The notes under the pieces were generated by a model, which saw nothing but the letters and a program-made list of their open reading frames with translations, was not told the DNA's origin and made no database searches. A stretch of DNA of 64,000 nucleotides from the NCBI GenBank assembly GCA_017436035.1, contig JAFSDV010000005.1, positions 1,244-65,243 of the forward strand, written 5' to 3'. How positions within the stretch are numbered: position 1 is the stretch's first letter; the number at the start of each line of letters is the position of its first letter. Below, piece after piece: positions 1 to 9,810 of this stretch. The translations under genes and the position numbers were made by a program. The stretch is from Oscillospiraceae bacterium. GTDB lineage: Bacteria > Bacillota > Clostridia > Oscillospirales > Oscillospiraceae.

Positions 1-1
1 G

Positions 2-505
2 CTTCCCACGGTGCGCTCCCGGGGCACAGCACTGGCAATGCAGAATCTCCCGGAGCGGCTCATGCGCGCCCGGCTGACAGAGCTGTTTCCGCAGGCAGGA
101 CCGGAGGAGATCTCCGGAGCCATCGCCCGTTCCGGCGGCTGGCTGGGTCAGGCGCAGGCACTGTTGTCCCAAGGAAGGCAGGTCAGCCCGCAGACAGAAA
201 AATTCACTTCCGCTTTTGCTGCCCGGGATAAGCTGCTTCTGCTTCAGGCGCTTGTGCCCATGGAGCGGTGGAAGCGGGATCAGGTCCTTCCTGTGCTGGA
301 GCAGTGGCTTCAGATCCTGCAAAGCGCGTTAGTCAGCAGATCCGGCGTACAGGCAGTTTATCCGGCAGCCCGCGTTCTGAGCACAGCCCGCAGCTCCCAG
401 GAGCTGATGGATGCTGTTCACCATCTGCAAAAAGCAATCGAATATACCCAGGGCAATGTATCCGTAGCCGCGGTATGCGGTTATCTGGAATGGGTCCTGC
501 AATAG
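2..505 (+). CDS. holB: DNA polymerase III delta-prime subunit, C-terminal part (5' truncated by window)
   Basis: Frame is open from the window edge and reads LPTVRSRG (clamp-loader LLPTIRSRC-like motif); lies directly upstream of ricT/yaaT, the conserved Firmicute order. Confidence 0.75.
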   Translation, partial: LPTVRSRGTALAMQNLPERLMRARLTELFPQAGPEEISGAIARSGGWLGQAQALLSQGRQVSPQTEKFTSAFAARDKLLLLQALVPMERWKRDQVLPVLEQWLQILQSALVSRSGVQAVYPAARVLSTARSSQELMDAVHHLQKAIEYTQGNVSVAAVCGYLEWVLQ

Positions 506-521
506 GCGAAGGAGTTTACCT

Positions 522-1754
522 ATGGATGAGCTTAACACACAAGCCCCCGAAACAGTAGAAGTGGTGGATATTCAGTTCCGCCCGGGGCAAAAAATCTATT
601 ATTTCGATCCCAACGGCATCCGCTGCCAGCCCGGCGACCATGTGATCATTGACACCGCCCGGGGCGCAGAGTACGGATACTGTGCCGGCGGAAATCATTC
701 TATCAGCCAAAAGGATGTGGTCGCGCCGCTGCGGCCGGTGCTGCGGCTGGCAACACCTCAGGATGAAAAGATCGCCGCGGAGAATCAGGAGAAAGAAAAA
801 CGGGCATTTCAGACCTGCCTGCAGAAGATCGAGGATTTGGGTCTGGATATGCAGCTGGTCAGCGCCGAATGTGCCTTTGACGGAAGCAAGCTGCTGTTTT
901 TCTTTACCGCTGATGAGCGGGTGGACTTCCGGGAGCTGGTCAAGAGCCTGGCAAGCATTTTCCACACCCGGATCGAGCTGCGGCAGATCGGCGTACGGGA
1001 CAAGGCACGAATGGTAGGCGGCTTTGGAATCTGCGGCAGACCTTTTTGCTGCGCCAGCTTTTTGGACGATTTCCAGCCTGTTTCCATTAAAATGGCAAAG
1101 ACCCAGAACCTGAGTCTGAATCCCACAAAGATCTCCGGTACCTGTGGCAGATTGATGTGCTGCCTGAAATATGAACAGGATACCTACGAGGATCTGATCC
1201 GCACCAGCCCCAAGGCAGAATCCTTTGTAGATACGCCGGACGGCAGAGGAACGGTGATCGATGTGGATCTGCTGCGCCAGCGGGTCAAGGTGAAAATGGA
1301 GCTCCAGCCGGAGGTGATCAACACCTATCCCAATACCGACATCGCCGTTTTACGCAACGGCAAGGCAAAAAAGAATGACCCGCCGATCCCGGTGGAGCTG
1401 GCACCCATCTCCGGCGGAGGCAGGCGCACACCGTTGCAGCAGGAAGAGGACCGCCCCTTGCTTGACCCGATCAAGTTCCGTTACAGTACGGAAACGGTTA
1501 CGGAAGAGGTGATTCCCCAGCAGGAAAAGGAAATCGACCCGGTACCTCAGGGGCATCGCGCCCCCAGATCCCACAGGAGAAACCGCAGAGCGCGCCCGGC
1601 TGAACGGCAGGATCAGCAGCAAACACCCCACCAAGCCCAAAACAGCCCCAAAGCCGCCGCTGACGGAAACCCGGAAGCGCCCCATAAGCCCCGCCGTAAT
1701 TACCATCGCCGCCACAGACCGAAAAAGCCCGGCGGCGGTCAGACAGAAGCATAA
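522..1754 (+). CDS. ricT: PSP1-domain protein RicT/YaaT with a low-complexity Arg/Gln-rich C-terminal tail
   Basis: RVDFRELVK, RIELRQIGVRD, GICGRPFCC and KISGTCGRLMCCLKYE motifs; AAGGAG RBS. Confidence 0.92.
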   Translation: MDELNTQAPETVEVVDIQFRPGQKIYYFDPNGIRCQPGDHVIIDTARGAEYGYCAGGNHSISQKDVVAPLRPVLRLATPQDEKIAAENQEKEKRAFQTCLQKIEDLGLDMQLVSAECAFDGSKLLFFFTADERVDFRELVKSLASIFHTRIELRQIGVRDKARMVGGFGICGRPFCCASFLDDFQPVSIKMAKTQNLSLNPTKISGTCGRLMCCLKYEQDTYEDLIRTSPKAESFVDTPDGRGTVIDVDLLRQRVKVKMELQPEVINTYPNTDIAVLRNGKAKKNDPPIPVELAPISGGGRRTPLQQEEDRPLLDPIKFRYSTETVTEEVIPQQEKEIDPVPQGHRAPRSHRRNRRARPAERQDQQQTPHQAQNSPKAAADGNPEAPHKPRRNYHRRHRPKKPGGGQTEA

Positions 1755-1757
1755 AAC

Positions 1758-1789
1758 TACGCCGCTGCCTGGGCAGCGGCGTATTTTTT
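1758..1789 (+). terminator. Rho-independent terminator between convergent ricT and GH25 genes
   Basis: tacgccgctgcc-tg-ggcagcggcgta followed by a T-run. Confidence 0.8.
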
Positions 1790-1794
1790 GTTGT

Positions 1795-2625
1795 TCAATC
1801 GTAAATGAAATATAAATTCAGGTCCACATCCCCTGAAATACCCGGGACACGACCTTTGTTTGTGTATTGCCACATATTGACCCGGTAGGGACAATCCAGC
1901 ATTTGCTCATACTGGGCCAGCCAAAAGGGATATTTGGACAGCTCGTCCAAATACAGGCTGTTTTCTGCCTGGAAGGCGTTAAAATATACCATTGTCGGAT
2001 AACCCTGTGCTTCTACTGTCTGACAGAAGGCGTTTATGCAGTCCGTCAGGGTGCGGGCATTTACATGGGCGGTGCGGGTATCCGAACCGGTATGCTCCCA
2101 GTCAAAGACGATGGGCATATCCAAATCCCAGTCCTTCACCAGTTCCAATACAAATTCGGCTTCCTCCACGGCTTCCTGCGGGGTTACTGCCTGAGAAAAG
2201 AAATACGCACCCACCGCTATACCCGCTGCCTTTGCCCCGGCGTAATGGGCTTTTGCCATAGAGTCCTCCCGAAGCGCGCCCTCGTGCATACTCCGGTAGC
2301 CCAGCCGCAGAACAGCAAACTCTACCCCGGACTGCCGCACCTGCGCCCAATCGATCTGTTCCTGCCAAACAGAAACATCGATTCCCAAAACTGCTTCGGT
2401 GCTCAGGCAGGTCAGATAGTCTCCTTCATAGATAAAATCCTCGGGAGCAAGGGGGTTTTCTGTCAAACCGGTAAAACCTGACTGTCCCAAATAGTCCTTC
2501 GGAGCTGTCGGTTCTGCGGGTCGGTTTAGCCCTGTCAGCAGGCATACCGCCAGCAGCACAGCTACAAAAATGCTCAGCAGCCAAAACAAAGGCTGCCTGT
2601 AAACGGTTTTTTCAAGAAGCTTCAC
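1795..2625 (-). CDS. Membrane-anchored glycoside hydrolase family 25 (lysozyme M1-like muramidase)
   Basis: GIDVSVWQ, YFFSQA, VFDWE (DxE) and WQYT...GISGDVDLN motifs; N-terminal TM helix; start probably GTG 2625 (AAGGGG RBS) or ATG 2631. Confidence 0.88.
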   Translation of the reverse strand: MKLLEKTVYRQPLFWLLSIFVAVLLAVCLLTGLNRPAEPTAPKDYLGQSGFTGLTENPLAPEDFIYEGDYLTCLSTEAVLGIDVSVWQEQIDWAQVRQSGVEFAVLRLGYRSMHEGALREDSMAKAHYAGAKAAGIAVGAYFFSQAVTPQEAVEEAEFVLELVKDWDLDMPIVFDWEHTGSDTRTAHVNARTLTDCINAFCQTVEAQGYPTMVYFNAFQAENSLYLDELSKYPFWLAQYEQMLDCPYRVNMWQYTNKGRVPGISGDVDLNLYFIYD

Positions 2626-2781
2626 AGACATCCCCTTTCTCAGCTGCGGCTGCGTTTTGTGTGCAATCAGTATACCATACGGAAGGTTGTTTTGCCAAGG
2701 GGAAGAATCCGGCAAAACGGTATATGCCGGCAAAAAAACGGGAATACTTTTCAAACGAAAAGGATTCCCGTTTTGTTTTGT

Positions 2782-3222
2782 TTATCCTGCCAGGATCTCA
2801 GCTTTGAACACACCCTGGGTTTGACGGAGCTGCCGGAGCAGTTCCTCCAAACCTACAGTCAGATTCAGGGTCTCGGCAGATATGGTAACTACCGCGCAGC
2901 CATCAGAGGGTACGATGGAATTGATGGTCATGATGTTGGCTTTGGCCTGGGTAAAGTTCTCCAGGATCCGTGCCAGCATACCCGGCTCGTCATGGAGCAG
3001 CAGCTGAAAGGTTACGATCCGACCGGTCATCATATTCTGAAAGGGCAGCACCGCATCCCGGTATTTATAAAACGCGCTGCGGCTGACGCCGGTGATCCGG
3101 GCAGCGTCGTTGACGGTCGTTACCTGACCGGTGGAAAGCAGGCGCTTCGCCTCTGCCACCTTTAGAAAAACCTCCGGCAGCGCGGATGCCTCCACAATGT
3201 AGTATTTGGATGCGTTTTCCAT
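2782..3222 (-). CDS. ACT-domain transcriptional regulator, ThrR/PheB (UPF0735) family
   Basis: LPEVFLKV..AK.LL, SRSAFYKYRDAV HTH, C-terminal ACT domain (ANIMTIN); GGAGG RBS. Confidence 0.85.
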   Translation of the reverse strand: MENASKYYIVEASALPEVFLKVAEAKRLLSTGQVTTVNDAARITGVSRSAFYKYRDAVLPFQNMMTGRIVTFQLLLHDEPGMLARILENFTQAKANIMTINSIVPSDGCAVVTISAETLNLTVGLEELLRQLRQTQGVFKAEILAG

Positions 3223-3338
3223 GATACCCCTCCGTTGTGACGTGAGAATTTACAGTTTTTTCTTGTCTTTTCTTTCTTTATTCTAACATACATTTTATAA
3301 AAAGCAACCCTCAAACCGTAAACCGGAAAGGAGAAATA

Positions 3339-4382
3339 ATGACTTCATCCCCATGGCGCAAAGCGCTGATTGTTTTAGGAATTTTTGCAGGAAGCTTTGT
3401 AGGACTGCGCTATTTGCTGCCGGTCCTGCTTCCTTTTTTGATAGGCGCATTGCTGGCACTGGCTGCCGAACCGGCAGTAGGACTGGGCGTGCGCAGACTC
3501 CGTATGCCCCGGTGGCTTTCTGCTGGGCTGGGTGTTACTGTTACGCTGGTGCTGCTGATCGCCACGGTGTGGCTGCTGGGCGCGCTGGCGGTCCGGGAGC
3601 TGGGGCAGCTGGCGAATGCCCTTCCGGATGTGCGGCAGACCGCCCAGCAGGGAATGATCCTGCTGCAGGACTGGCTGATCGGTCTTGCGGACCGCGCCCC
3701 TGACGGGCTGCGATCTTTGCTGACACAGCTGGTGCTGGAGCTTTTCGGAAGCGGTTCGGCCTTGCTGCAGCAAGCGACCGGACGCATTCCCGGTATTCTC
3801 AGCGGTCTGCTGACCCGGATCCCTGACAGCGCCATCGGACTGGGAACGGGAATACTGGCGAGCTTTATGATCTCAGCCCGTTTGCCGGACATAAAGGCTT
3901 ATTGTTCCCGCCGCCTGCCGCCTGCGTGGAAGGAGCGGTATTTGCCGGCTCTGCACAGGATGCGCAAGACTGTGGGAAGCTGGCTGAAGGCACAGCTGAA
4001 GCTGATGAGCGTTACCTATGGGATCGTTACCGTTGGCTTGCTTTTGACAGGCATTTCCTACAGCCCGGTTTGGGCTGTTTTGGTTGCGGTGGTGGATGCT
4101 GTTCCGGTTTTGGGCACCGGTACGGTTCTGATCCCGTGGGCAGTGATCGCGGTACTGCAGAGCCAGCCCCTGCGGGCGTTGGGGCTGGTCTGCACATATA
4201 TAGCCGCGTTTCTGACACGTACCGTACTTGAGCCCCGGCTGGTGGGCAAGCATTTGGGGCTTGATCCTTTGGTAACACTGGTCTTTTTTTACGTGGGCTA
4301 TAAATTTTGGGGGATTTTAGGCATGCTGACAGCACCGCTGCTGGCTACCGCGGTAAAAAGCTTAACAGAAAAAGCCCGTTAA
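3339..4382 (+). CDS. ytvI: Sporulation integral membrane protein YtvI (AI-2E family)
   Basis: Multiple TM helices; VDAVPVLGTG.VLIPW and LEPRLVGKHLGLDPL motifs; AAGGAG RBS; CATACATT sigmaE-like -10 at 3287. Confidence 0.85.
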   Translation: MTSSPWRKALIVLGIFAGSFVGLRYLLPVLLPFLIGALLALAAEPAVGLGVRRLRMPRWLSAGLGVTVTLVLLIATVWLLGALAVRELGQLANALPDVRQTAQQGMILLQDWLIGLADRAPDGLRSLLTQLVLELFGSGSALLQQATGRIPGILSGLLTRIPDSAIGLGTGILASFMISARLPDIKAYCSRRLPPAWKERYLPALHRMRKTVGSWLKAQLKLMSVTYGIVTVGLLLTGISYSPVWAVLVAVVDAVPVLGTGTVLIPWAVIAVLQSQPLRALGLVCTYIAAFLTRTVLEPRLVGKHLGLDPLVTLVFFYVGYKFWGILGMLTAPLLATAVKSLTEKAR

Positions 4383-4398
4383 AATTTGCGGCAAAGTA

Positions 4399-4427
4399 TT
4401 GTGCATTCCTGACGTATTTGGTATAAT
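4399..4427 (+). promoter_or_regulatory. SigA-type promoter of the recJ-rel operon
   Basis: TTGTGC-17 bp-TATAAT, with TG extended -10. Confidence 0.55.
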
Positions 4428-4460
4428 AGGCGCAAATGATAAAATTGGATGTGTTATACT

Positions 4461-6509
4461 TTGAAGTACGGAATTTGGAATGTGGCAGAGCCTCAGATGG
4501 ATGCGGTCAACACTTTGGTCAGGGGCGGCTACGCGCCTCTGGCCGCCATGGTGCTGGCTTCCCGGGGAATGGCCACGCAACAGCAGGCGCAGCAATACCT
4601 GAGCTGCGATGTACCGCTGCCGGATCCGTTTTTGCTGACCGATATGGACCGGGCGGTAAAGCGTGTATCCAAAGCGCTGTCTGACGGCGAGAAGATCGCC
4701 GTTTTCGGAGACTACGATGTGGACGGAATTACTTCCACTTGCTTACTTACAGACTTTTTGCGCCGCCGTGGCGCAGACTGTGTACCTTATATTCCCGGCA
4801 GACTGGAGGAGGGCTACGGCCTGAATCCTATGGCCATCCACGCGCTGCACGAACAGGGGGTCTCCCTGATCATTACGGTAGACTGCGGCATCACCGCGGT
4901 GGAGGAAGCTGCCCTGTGCCGGGAGTTGGGTATCGATCTGGTGATCACCGATCACCATGAGTGCAAGGAGCAGCTTCCTGTAGCTGTGGCTGTGGTAGAT
5001 CCCCACCGTCCGGACGGCGGCTACCCCCATAAGAACCTCTCCGGCGTAGGCATTGCCTTCAAGCTGGCCGGCGCGCTGTGCGGCAGCCAGGAACAGGTCC
5101 TGCAGGACTATGGAGATATGGTGTGCATGGGTACGGTTGCCGATGTCATGCTGCTGCAGGGTGAAAACCGGGTGTTTGTAGCCCGGGGACTGGAATCCCT
5201 CCGGCACACCGCCCGTCCCGGTATTGCCGCCCTGATGCGCCAAAGCGGCTGCACGCCGGACAGTGTCAGCGCATCCTCTGTAGGCTATATGCTTGCGCCC
5301 CGGATCAATGCAGCCGGGCGTATGGGGAAGATCGATTTGGCTGTAGAGCTGTTTCTGACCCAGGATCCCCAACGGGCGGAGCAGCTGGCGAAGGCACTGT
5401 GTGACCTGAACCGGCAGCGGCAGGCGGTGGAATCGGATATTTATCGGCAGGCAGTGGAAATGCTGCCGCCGGGCAGCCGTCCGGAAGCCATCGTGCTGGC
5501 AGATGAACGCTGGCACCAGGGCGTGGTGGGGATTGTTGCCAGCCGGATCGCTGAAGAATTTTGCTGCCCCACCTTCCTGATCTGTCTGGACGGCGAGCAC
5601 GGCAAGGCCAGCTCCCGGAGCTATGGGGGCTTCAATCTGTTTTCCTCACTGACTGCGCTGTCGGGCTTGCTGGAAAGCTACGGCGGTCACGAGCTGGCGG
5701 CAGGCTTTACCATCCATCGGGATCAGATCGGAGATTTTCGCCGGCAGATCTGTGCCCTGGTGCGCGAACACCTTGCGGAAGATGAGCCCCGAACGGTATT
5801 GGACGCGGACTGCGCCATTTCGCCGGAGCTGCTGACGCTGGGCAATATCGAATCTCTGTCCAGTCTGGAGCCCTGCGGAAACGGCTGTCCCAAGCCGGTG
5901 CTGATCATGGAAAAACTGGTGGTAGAGCGGATCAGCCATGTGGGAAACGGCCGTCATATGCGACTGCGTCTGCGCTGCGGGCGATACAGCTTCAACGCCA
6001 TCTTTTTCTCCGCCACTGCTGAATCTGCCTCTGTTTCTCAGGGGGAGACGGTGGATGTGGCGTTTTTGCCCCAGATCAATGAGTTCCGGGGCGAGCGTAC
6101 TGTGCAAATGAATGTGCTGGATATCCGTCCCTCCTGCAAGGCAGTCTGCTCCTGGGAAAGCAGCGGCTACCGGGCACTGTGCGCAGGTACGCTGGATCGG
6201 CAGCAGGCAGAGCGGCTGCTGCCGGATCGGGCGATGCTGGGTATGGTTTGGCGGTATTTGTCAAGCTTTGGTGCAGGTACATTGCGGGAGACACCTATGT
6301 GTCTGTGCCGGAAGATCGTGCGCTGGGCAGACAGCCCCCTGAGCCTGGAGCAGCTTCTTATCTGTTTAGATGTTTTTGCTGATGTGGGCTTGCTTGAAAT
6401 CCAGCGGCTTCATCAACACCTCACCGTTCGTTTAATGCCCCGGCAGGAAAAAGCGGATCTGCTGCAAAGCCGGACTATGCAGCGGCTGTTGGCCGCGAAA
6501 GAGAGCTGA
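4461..6509 (+). CDS. recJ: Single-stranded-DNA exonuclease RecJ
   Basis: GDYDVDGITS, TVDCG, ITDHH, PRINAAGR and YGGHELAAG motifs; start is TTG 4461 or ATG 4449. Confidence 0.96.
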   Translation: MKYGIWNVAEPQMDAVNTLVRGGYAPLAAMVLASRGMATQQQAQQYLSCDVPLPDPFLLTDMDRAVKRVSKALSDGEKIAVFGDYDVDGITSTCLLTDFLRRRGADCVPYIPGRLEEGYGLNPMAIHALHEQGVSLIITVDCGITAVEEAALCRELGIDLVITDHHECKEQLPVAVAVVDPHRPDGGYPHKNLSGVGIAFKLAGALCGSQEQVLQDYGDMVCMGTVADVMLLQGENRVFVARGLESLRHTARPGIAALMRQSGCTPDSVSASSVGYMLAPRINAAGRMGKIDLAVELFLTQDPQRAEQLAKALCDLNRQRQAVESDIYRQAVEMLPPGSRPEAIVLADERWHQGVVGIVASRIAEEFCCPTFLICLDGEHGKASSRSYGGFNLFSSLTALSGLLESYGGHELAAGFTIHRDQIGDFRRQICALVREHLAEDEPRTVLDADCAISPELLTLGNIESLSSLEPCGNGCPKPVLIMEKLVVERISHVGNGRHMRLRLRCGRYSFNAIFFSATAESASVSQGETVDVAFLPQINEFRGERTVQMNVLDIRPSCKAVCSWESSGYRALCAGTLDRQQAERLLPDRAMLGMVWRYLSSFGAGTLRETPMCLCRKIVRWADSPLSLEQLLICLDVFADVGLLEIQRLHQHLTVRLMPRQEKADLLQSRTMQRLLAAKES

Positions 6510-6514
6510 AATAC

Positions 6515-8701
6515 ATGGAAAGTTTTACCGAACATTATGCGTCTATGACCCAGGCAATCCAAAAGCATTTGCCGGGGGTAGACATTGCCCGCATTGAGCG
6601 CGCCGTCGAGTATGCTGCTCAAAAGCACAAGGATCAAAAGCGCAAGGACGGCTCGCCCTACATTATCCACCCACTGGCGGTGGCTGAGATCGTGGCGGAG
6701 ATGGGGCTGGATCTGGAGGCGATACTGGGCGCGCTGCTTCACGACTGTATCGAGGATACAGACGCCTCCTTTGATGAGATCGCCAGACTGTTTGGCAGCA
6801 CCACTGCCGAGCTGGTGGAGGGTGTCACCAAGCTGACCCGAGCCAATTTCTCCAGTACGGAGCAGGCGCAGATGGAGAATCTGCGCAAGATGTTTATGGC
6901 CATGTCCAAGGACATCCGGGTGGTGCTGATCAAGATTGCGGACCGCCTGCACAATATGCGGACCATGCAGTATCAGACACCTGCCAAGCAGGTGAGCAAA
7001 TGCCGGGAGACGATGGATATTTACGCGCCCCTGGCACACCGTCTTGGTATGCAGAAGATCAAGTGGGAGCTGGAGGATATCGCTCTGCGGTATTTGGAGC
7101 CTGAAAGCTATGAAGACATCATGTCTTACCTGAATGCCCATAAAGAGCACGACGAAGCATTTATGCAGAGCATACAGGAGCGGATCTCCCAGCGGCTGTC
7201 CGGTATGGGCATCAGCAACACCTCCTACGGGCGGATCAAGCACGTGTATTCCATTTACCGGAAAATGCGGGAGCAGGATAAGACCCTGGATGAGCTATAC
7301 GACATTTATGCCTTCCGGGTGATCGTGGACACCATTCCCGATTGCTACAATGTGCTTGGACATATTCACGATCTGTTTAATCTGGTGCCCGGTCGCTTTA
7401 AGGATTACATCTCCACCCCCAAGCCCAATATGTATCAAAGTCTGCACACAACGGTTATTGGTTCTCAGGGTATTCCCTTTGAGGTGCAGATCCGGACGTG
7501 GCAGATGCATGAAACCGCGGAATACGGCATTGCCGCCCACTGGAAATACAAGCAAGGCGTGGGCAGCGGCAACGAAAAAGACTTTGAGTGGGTCCGCAGA
7601 CTGCTGGAGAGCCAGCAGGACACGGATGCGGAAGATTATCTGAAATCCTTGAAGATCGATATGTTCGACGATGAGGTGTTTGTATTTACACCTAAGGGCA
7701 AGATCGTTTCGCTTCCTGCCGGATCTACGCCCATTGACTTTGCCTACGCCATTCACTCCGGCGTTGGAAACGCCATGACCGGCGCAAAGATCAACAACCG
7801 GATCTGCAATATCGACACCCCCCTGACCAACGGTGATATTGTCGAGGTCATTACCTCCAAGGCTGCCAAGGGTCCCAGCCGGGACTGGCTGAGCATCTGT
7901 AAGAGCAATCAGGCCCGCACCAAGATCAAGCAGTGGTTCAAGAAAGAAAAACGGGAAGAAAATGTGACCTATGGCCGGGCTTCCTTTGAAGCGGAAATGC
8001 GTCGGGTGGGTCTGCCTCTGAGCATTACCATCGATCCGGAGGTCAGTCCCCAGCTTCTGAAAAAGCTGGCCTTTGACAGCTGGGAAAATATGTATGCCGC
8101 CATCGGCTACGGCGGTCTGACTGCCGTAAAGGCAGTGGGTCGGATCCGGGATGATATTAACCGGGCAGTCAAGGCCCAGGACAAAGCCCAGCAGACAAAT
8201 CCCCTGCGTACAGCACCGGAGGACGCGGCAAAGAAAAATCGCCATGCGGTCAACGGCGTGATCGTAGAGGACATCGACTCTTGTATGATCAAGTTTGCCA
8301 AGTGCTGCACTCCTGTTCCCGGTGACGAGATCACCGGCTTCATCACCAAGGGCTTTGGCGTCAGCATCCACCGGACAGACTGCCCCAACGCCGCCCACCG
8401 GCACGAGCCTGTGCAGGCAGCCCGCTGGGTGCCTGTCCGCTGGGCGAATGTGGACGATCAGCCCTTTGATACCACGCTGGAGCTGGACTGCATCACCCGG
8501 GACGGACTGCTGTTGGATGTGGCAATGGTTATGACCACCAACCGTATTCGGGTTAAGGAGCTTTACGGCAAGGATATGCCCGGTGGACACAGCCTGTTTA
8601 CAGTCCGCTTTGAGGTGCGGAACGTTGCCGAGTTAGATGCGATCCGCAACAAACTGCTGAACATCCGGGATGTGATCGGTTCTAAACGGGGACAAAACTA
8701 A
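6515..8701 (+). CDS. rel: Bifunctional (p)ppGpp synthetase/hydrolase Rel
   Basis: HD domain (LLHDCIED), synthetase (GRIKHVYSIYRK, YQSLHT, EVQIRT), TGS, CC and ACT domains. Confidence 0.97.
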   Translation: MESFTEHYASMTQAIQKHLPGVDIARIERAVEYAAQKHKDQKRKDGSPYIIHPLAVAEIVAEMGLDLEAILGALLHDCIEDTDASFDEIARLFGSTTAELVEGVTKLTRANFSSTEQAQMENLRKMFMAMSKDIRVVLIKIADRLHNMRTMQYQTPAKQVSKCRETMDIYAPLAHRLGMQKIKWELEDIALRYLEPESYEDIMSYLNAHKEHDEAFMQSIQERISQRLSGMGISNTSYGRIKHVYSIYRKMREQDKTLDELYDIYAFRVIVDTIPDCYNVLGHIHDLFNLVPGRFKDYISTPKPNMYQSLHTTVIGSQGIPFEVQIRTWQMHETAEYGIAAHWKYKQGVGSGNEKDFEWVRRLLESQQDTDAEDYLKSLKIDMFDDEVFVFTPKGKIVSLPAGSTPIDFAYAIHSGVGNAMTGAKINNRICNIDTPLTNGDIVEVITSKAAKGPSRDWLSICKSNQARTKIKQWFKKEKREENVTYGRASFEAEMRRVGLPLSITIDPEVSPQLLKKLAFDSWENMYAAIGYGGLTAVKAVGRIRDDINRAVKAQDKAQQTNPLRTAPEDAAKKNRHAVNGVIVEDIDSCMIKFAKCCTPVPGDEITGFITKGFGVSIHRTDCPNAAHRHEPVQAARWVPVRWANVDDQPFDTTLELDCITRDGLLLDVAMVMTTNRIRVKELYGKDMPGGHSLFTVRFEVRNVAELDAIRNKLLNIRDVIGSKRGQN

Positions 8702-8722
8702 TTTATAATGAGGAAGACGGAT

Positions 8723-9190
8723 ATGCGTGCTGTTTTGACAAGAGTAAGCGCCGCGTCTGTTGCCATTGACGGTCAGACCGTTGGCAGGATTGGAAAAGGA
8801 TTTCTCATCCTGCTGGGTGTAGGACCGGAGGATACGGAGCAGACCTGCCGGTATTTGGCAGAAAAGGCGCTGGGACTGCGGATATTTGAAGATGAATATG
8901 GAAAAATGAATTTAAGCCTTGCAGATGTAGGCGGTCAGGTGCTGGTGGTGAGTCAGTTTACCCTGTACGGCAACTGCCGCAAGGGTCGCCGCCCCAGCTT
9001 TACCGAGGCAGCAGGTCCGGCGCTGGGCAATGAGCTGTATGAGCGGTTTTTGTCTGTGTGCGCCGAATTGGGATATCCGCCCCAGCACGGCAGCTTTGGC
9101 GCGGATATGCAGGTGGAATCAGTTAACGACGGACCGGTGACGTTGATCCTGGATACGGATCAGCTGATGGATACATCCAGACGGGGGTAA
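8723..9190 (+). CDS. dtd: D-aminoacyl-tRNA deacylase
   Basis: MRAVLTRV, SQFTL, KGRRPSF and NDGPVT motifs; follows rel. Confidence 0.96.
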   Translation: MRAVLTRVSAASVAIDGQTVGRIGKGFLILLGVGPEDTEQTCRYLAEKALGLRIFEDEYGKMNLSLADVGGQVLVVSQFTLYGNCRKGRRPSFTEAAGPALGNELYERFLSVCAELGYPPQHGSFGADMQVESVNDGPVTLILDTDQLMDTSRRG

Positions 9191-9196
9191 CAGCAA

Positions 9197-9787
9197 ATGC
9201 TCCAAATCACCACGCTCCCTTTGGGAGTCTATCAGACCAACTGCTATATTGTGTGGACAGAAACCGCATCCACCTGCCTGGTGATCGACCCCGGCTACGA
9301 GCCGGAGACCGTTCTGGACCAATGTGCGCGGCTGAAAAAAAGCATTGCAGCTGTTTTGCTGACCCATGGACATTTTGACCATGTGGGCGGAGTGAGAACG
9401 CTGGTGGAAAAAACTGGCTGTCCTGTGTATTTATGTCCGGAGGAGCTGTCCATGCCTGAGGAAATCACAGCAGGACCGCTGTATTATACCCACCTGTGCA
9501 GGGAAGGGGAGCTGCTGAAGTTTGGAGCACTGACTGTGAAGGTGCTGCACACCCCGGGTCATACCCCAGGATCTGTCTGTTTTGCGGCGGAAAACGCCCT
9601 GTTTACCGGAGATACCCTGTTTCAGGGCTCCTGCGGCAGGACGGATCTGCCCGGCGGAAGCTGGACGGAGATCCGCCGGTCTCTTTTGCGGCTGAAGGAG
9701 CTGACCGGCTGCTATACAGTCTATCCCGGTCACGGTCCTGCCACAACCCTGGACGAAGAGAAGCAATACAATCCCTATATGGGCTGA
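9197..9787 (+). CDS. MBL-fold metallo-hydrolase (glyoxalase II-like)
   Basis: THGHFDH, TPGHTPG, FTGDTLF and PGHG motifs. Confidence 0.92.
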   Translation: MLQITTLPLGVYQTNCYIVWTETASTCLVIDPGYEPETVLDQCARLKKSIAAVLLTHGHFDHVGGVRTLVEKTGCPVYLCPEELSMPEEITAGPLYYTHLCREGELLKFGALTVKVLHTPGHTPGSVCFAAENALFTGDTLFQGSCGRTDLPGGSWTEIRRSLLRLKELTGCYTVYPGHGPATTLDEEKQYNPYMG

Positions 9788-9810
9788 TTTGTTTCTCTTG
9801 AGGAGTGTTT

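Noticed and set aside
1795-2625. GH25 gene as a phage endolysin
   Set aside because: It has an N-terminal membrane anchor, with no holin or phage context.
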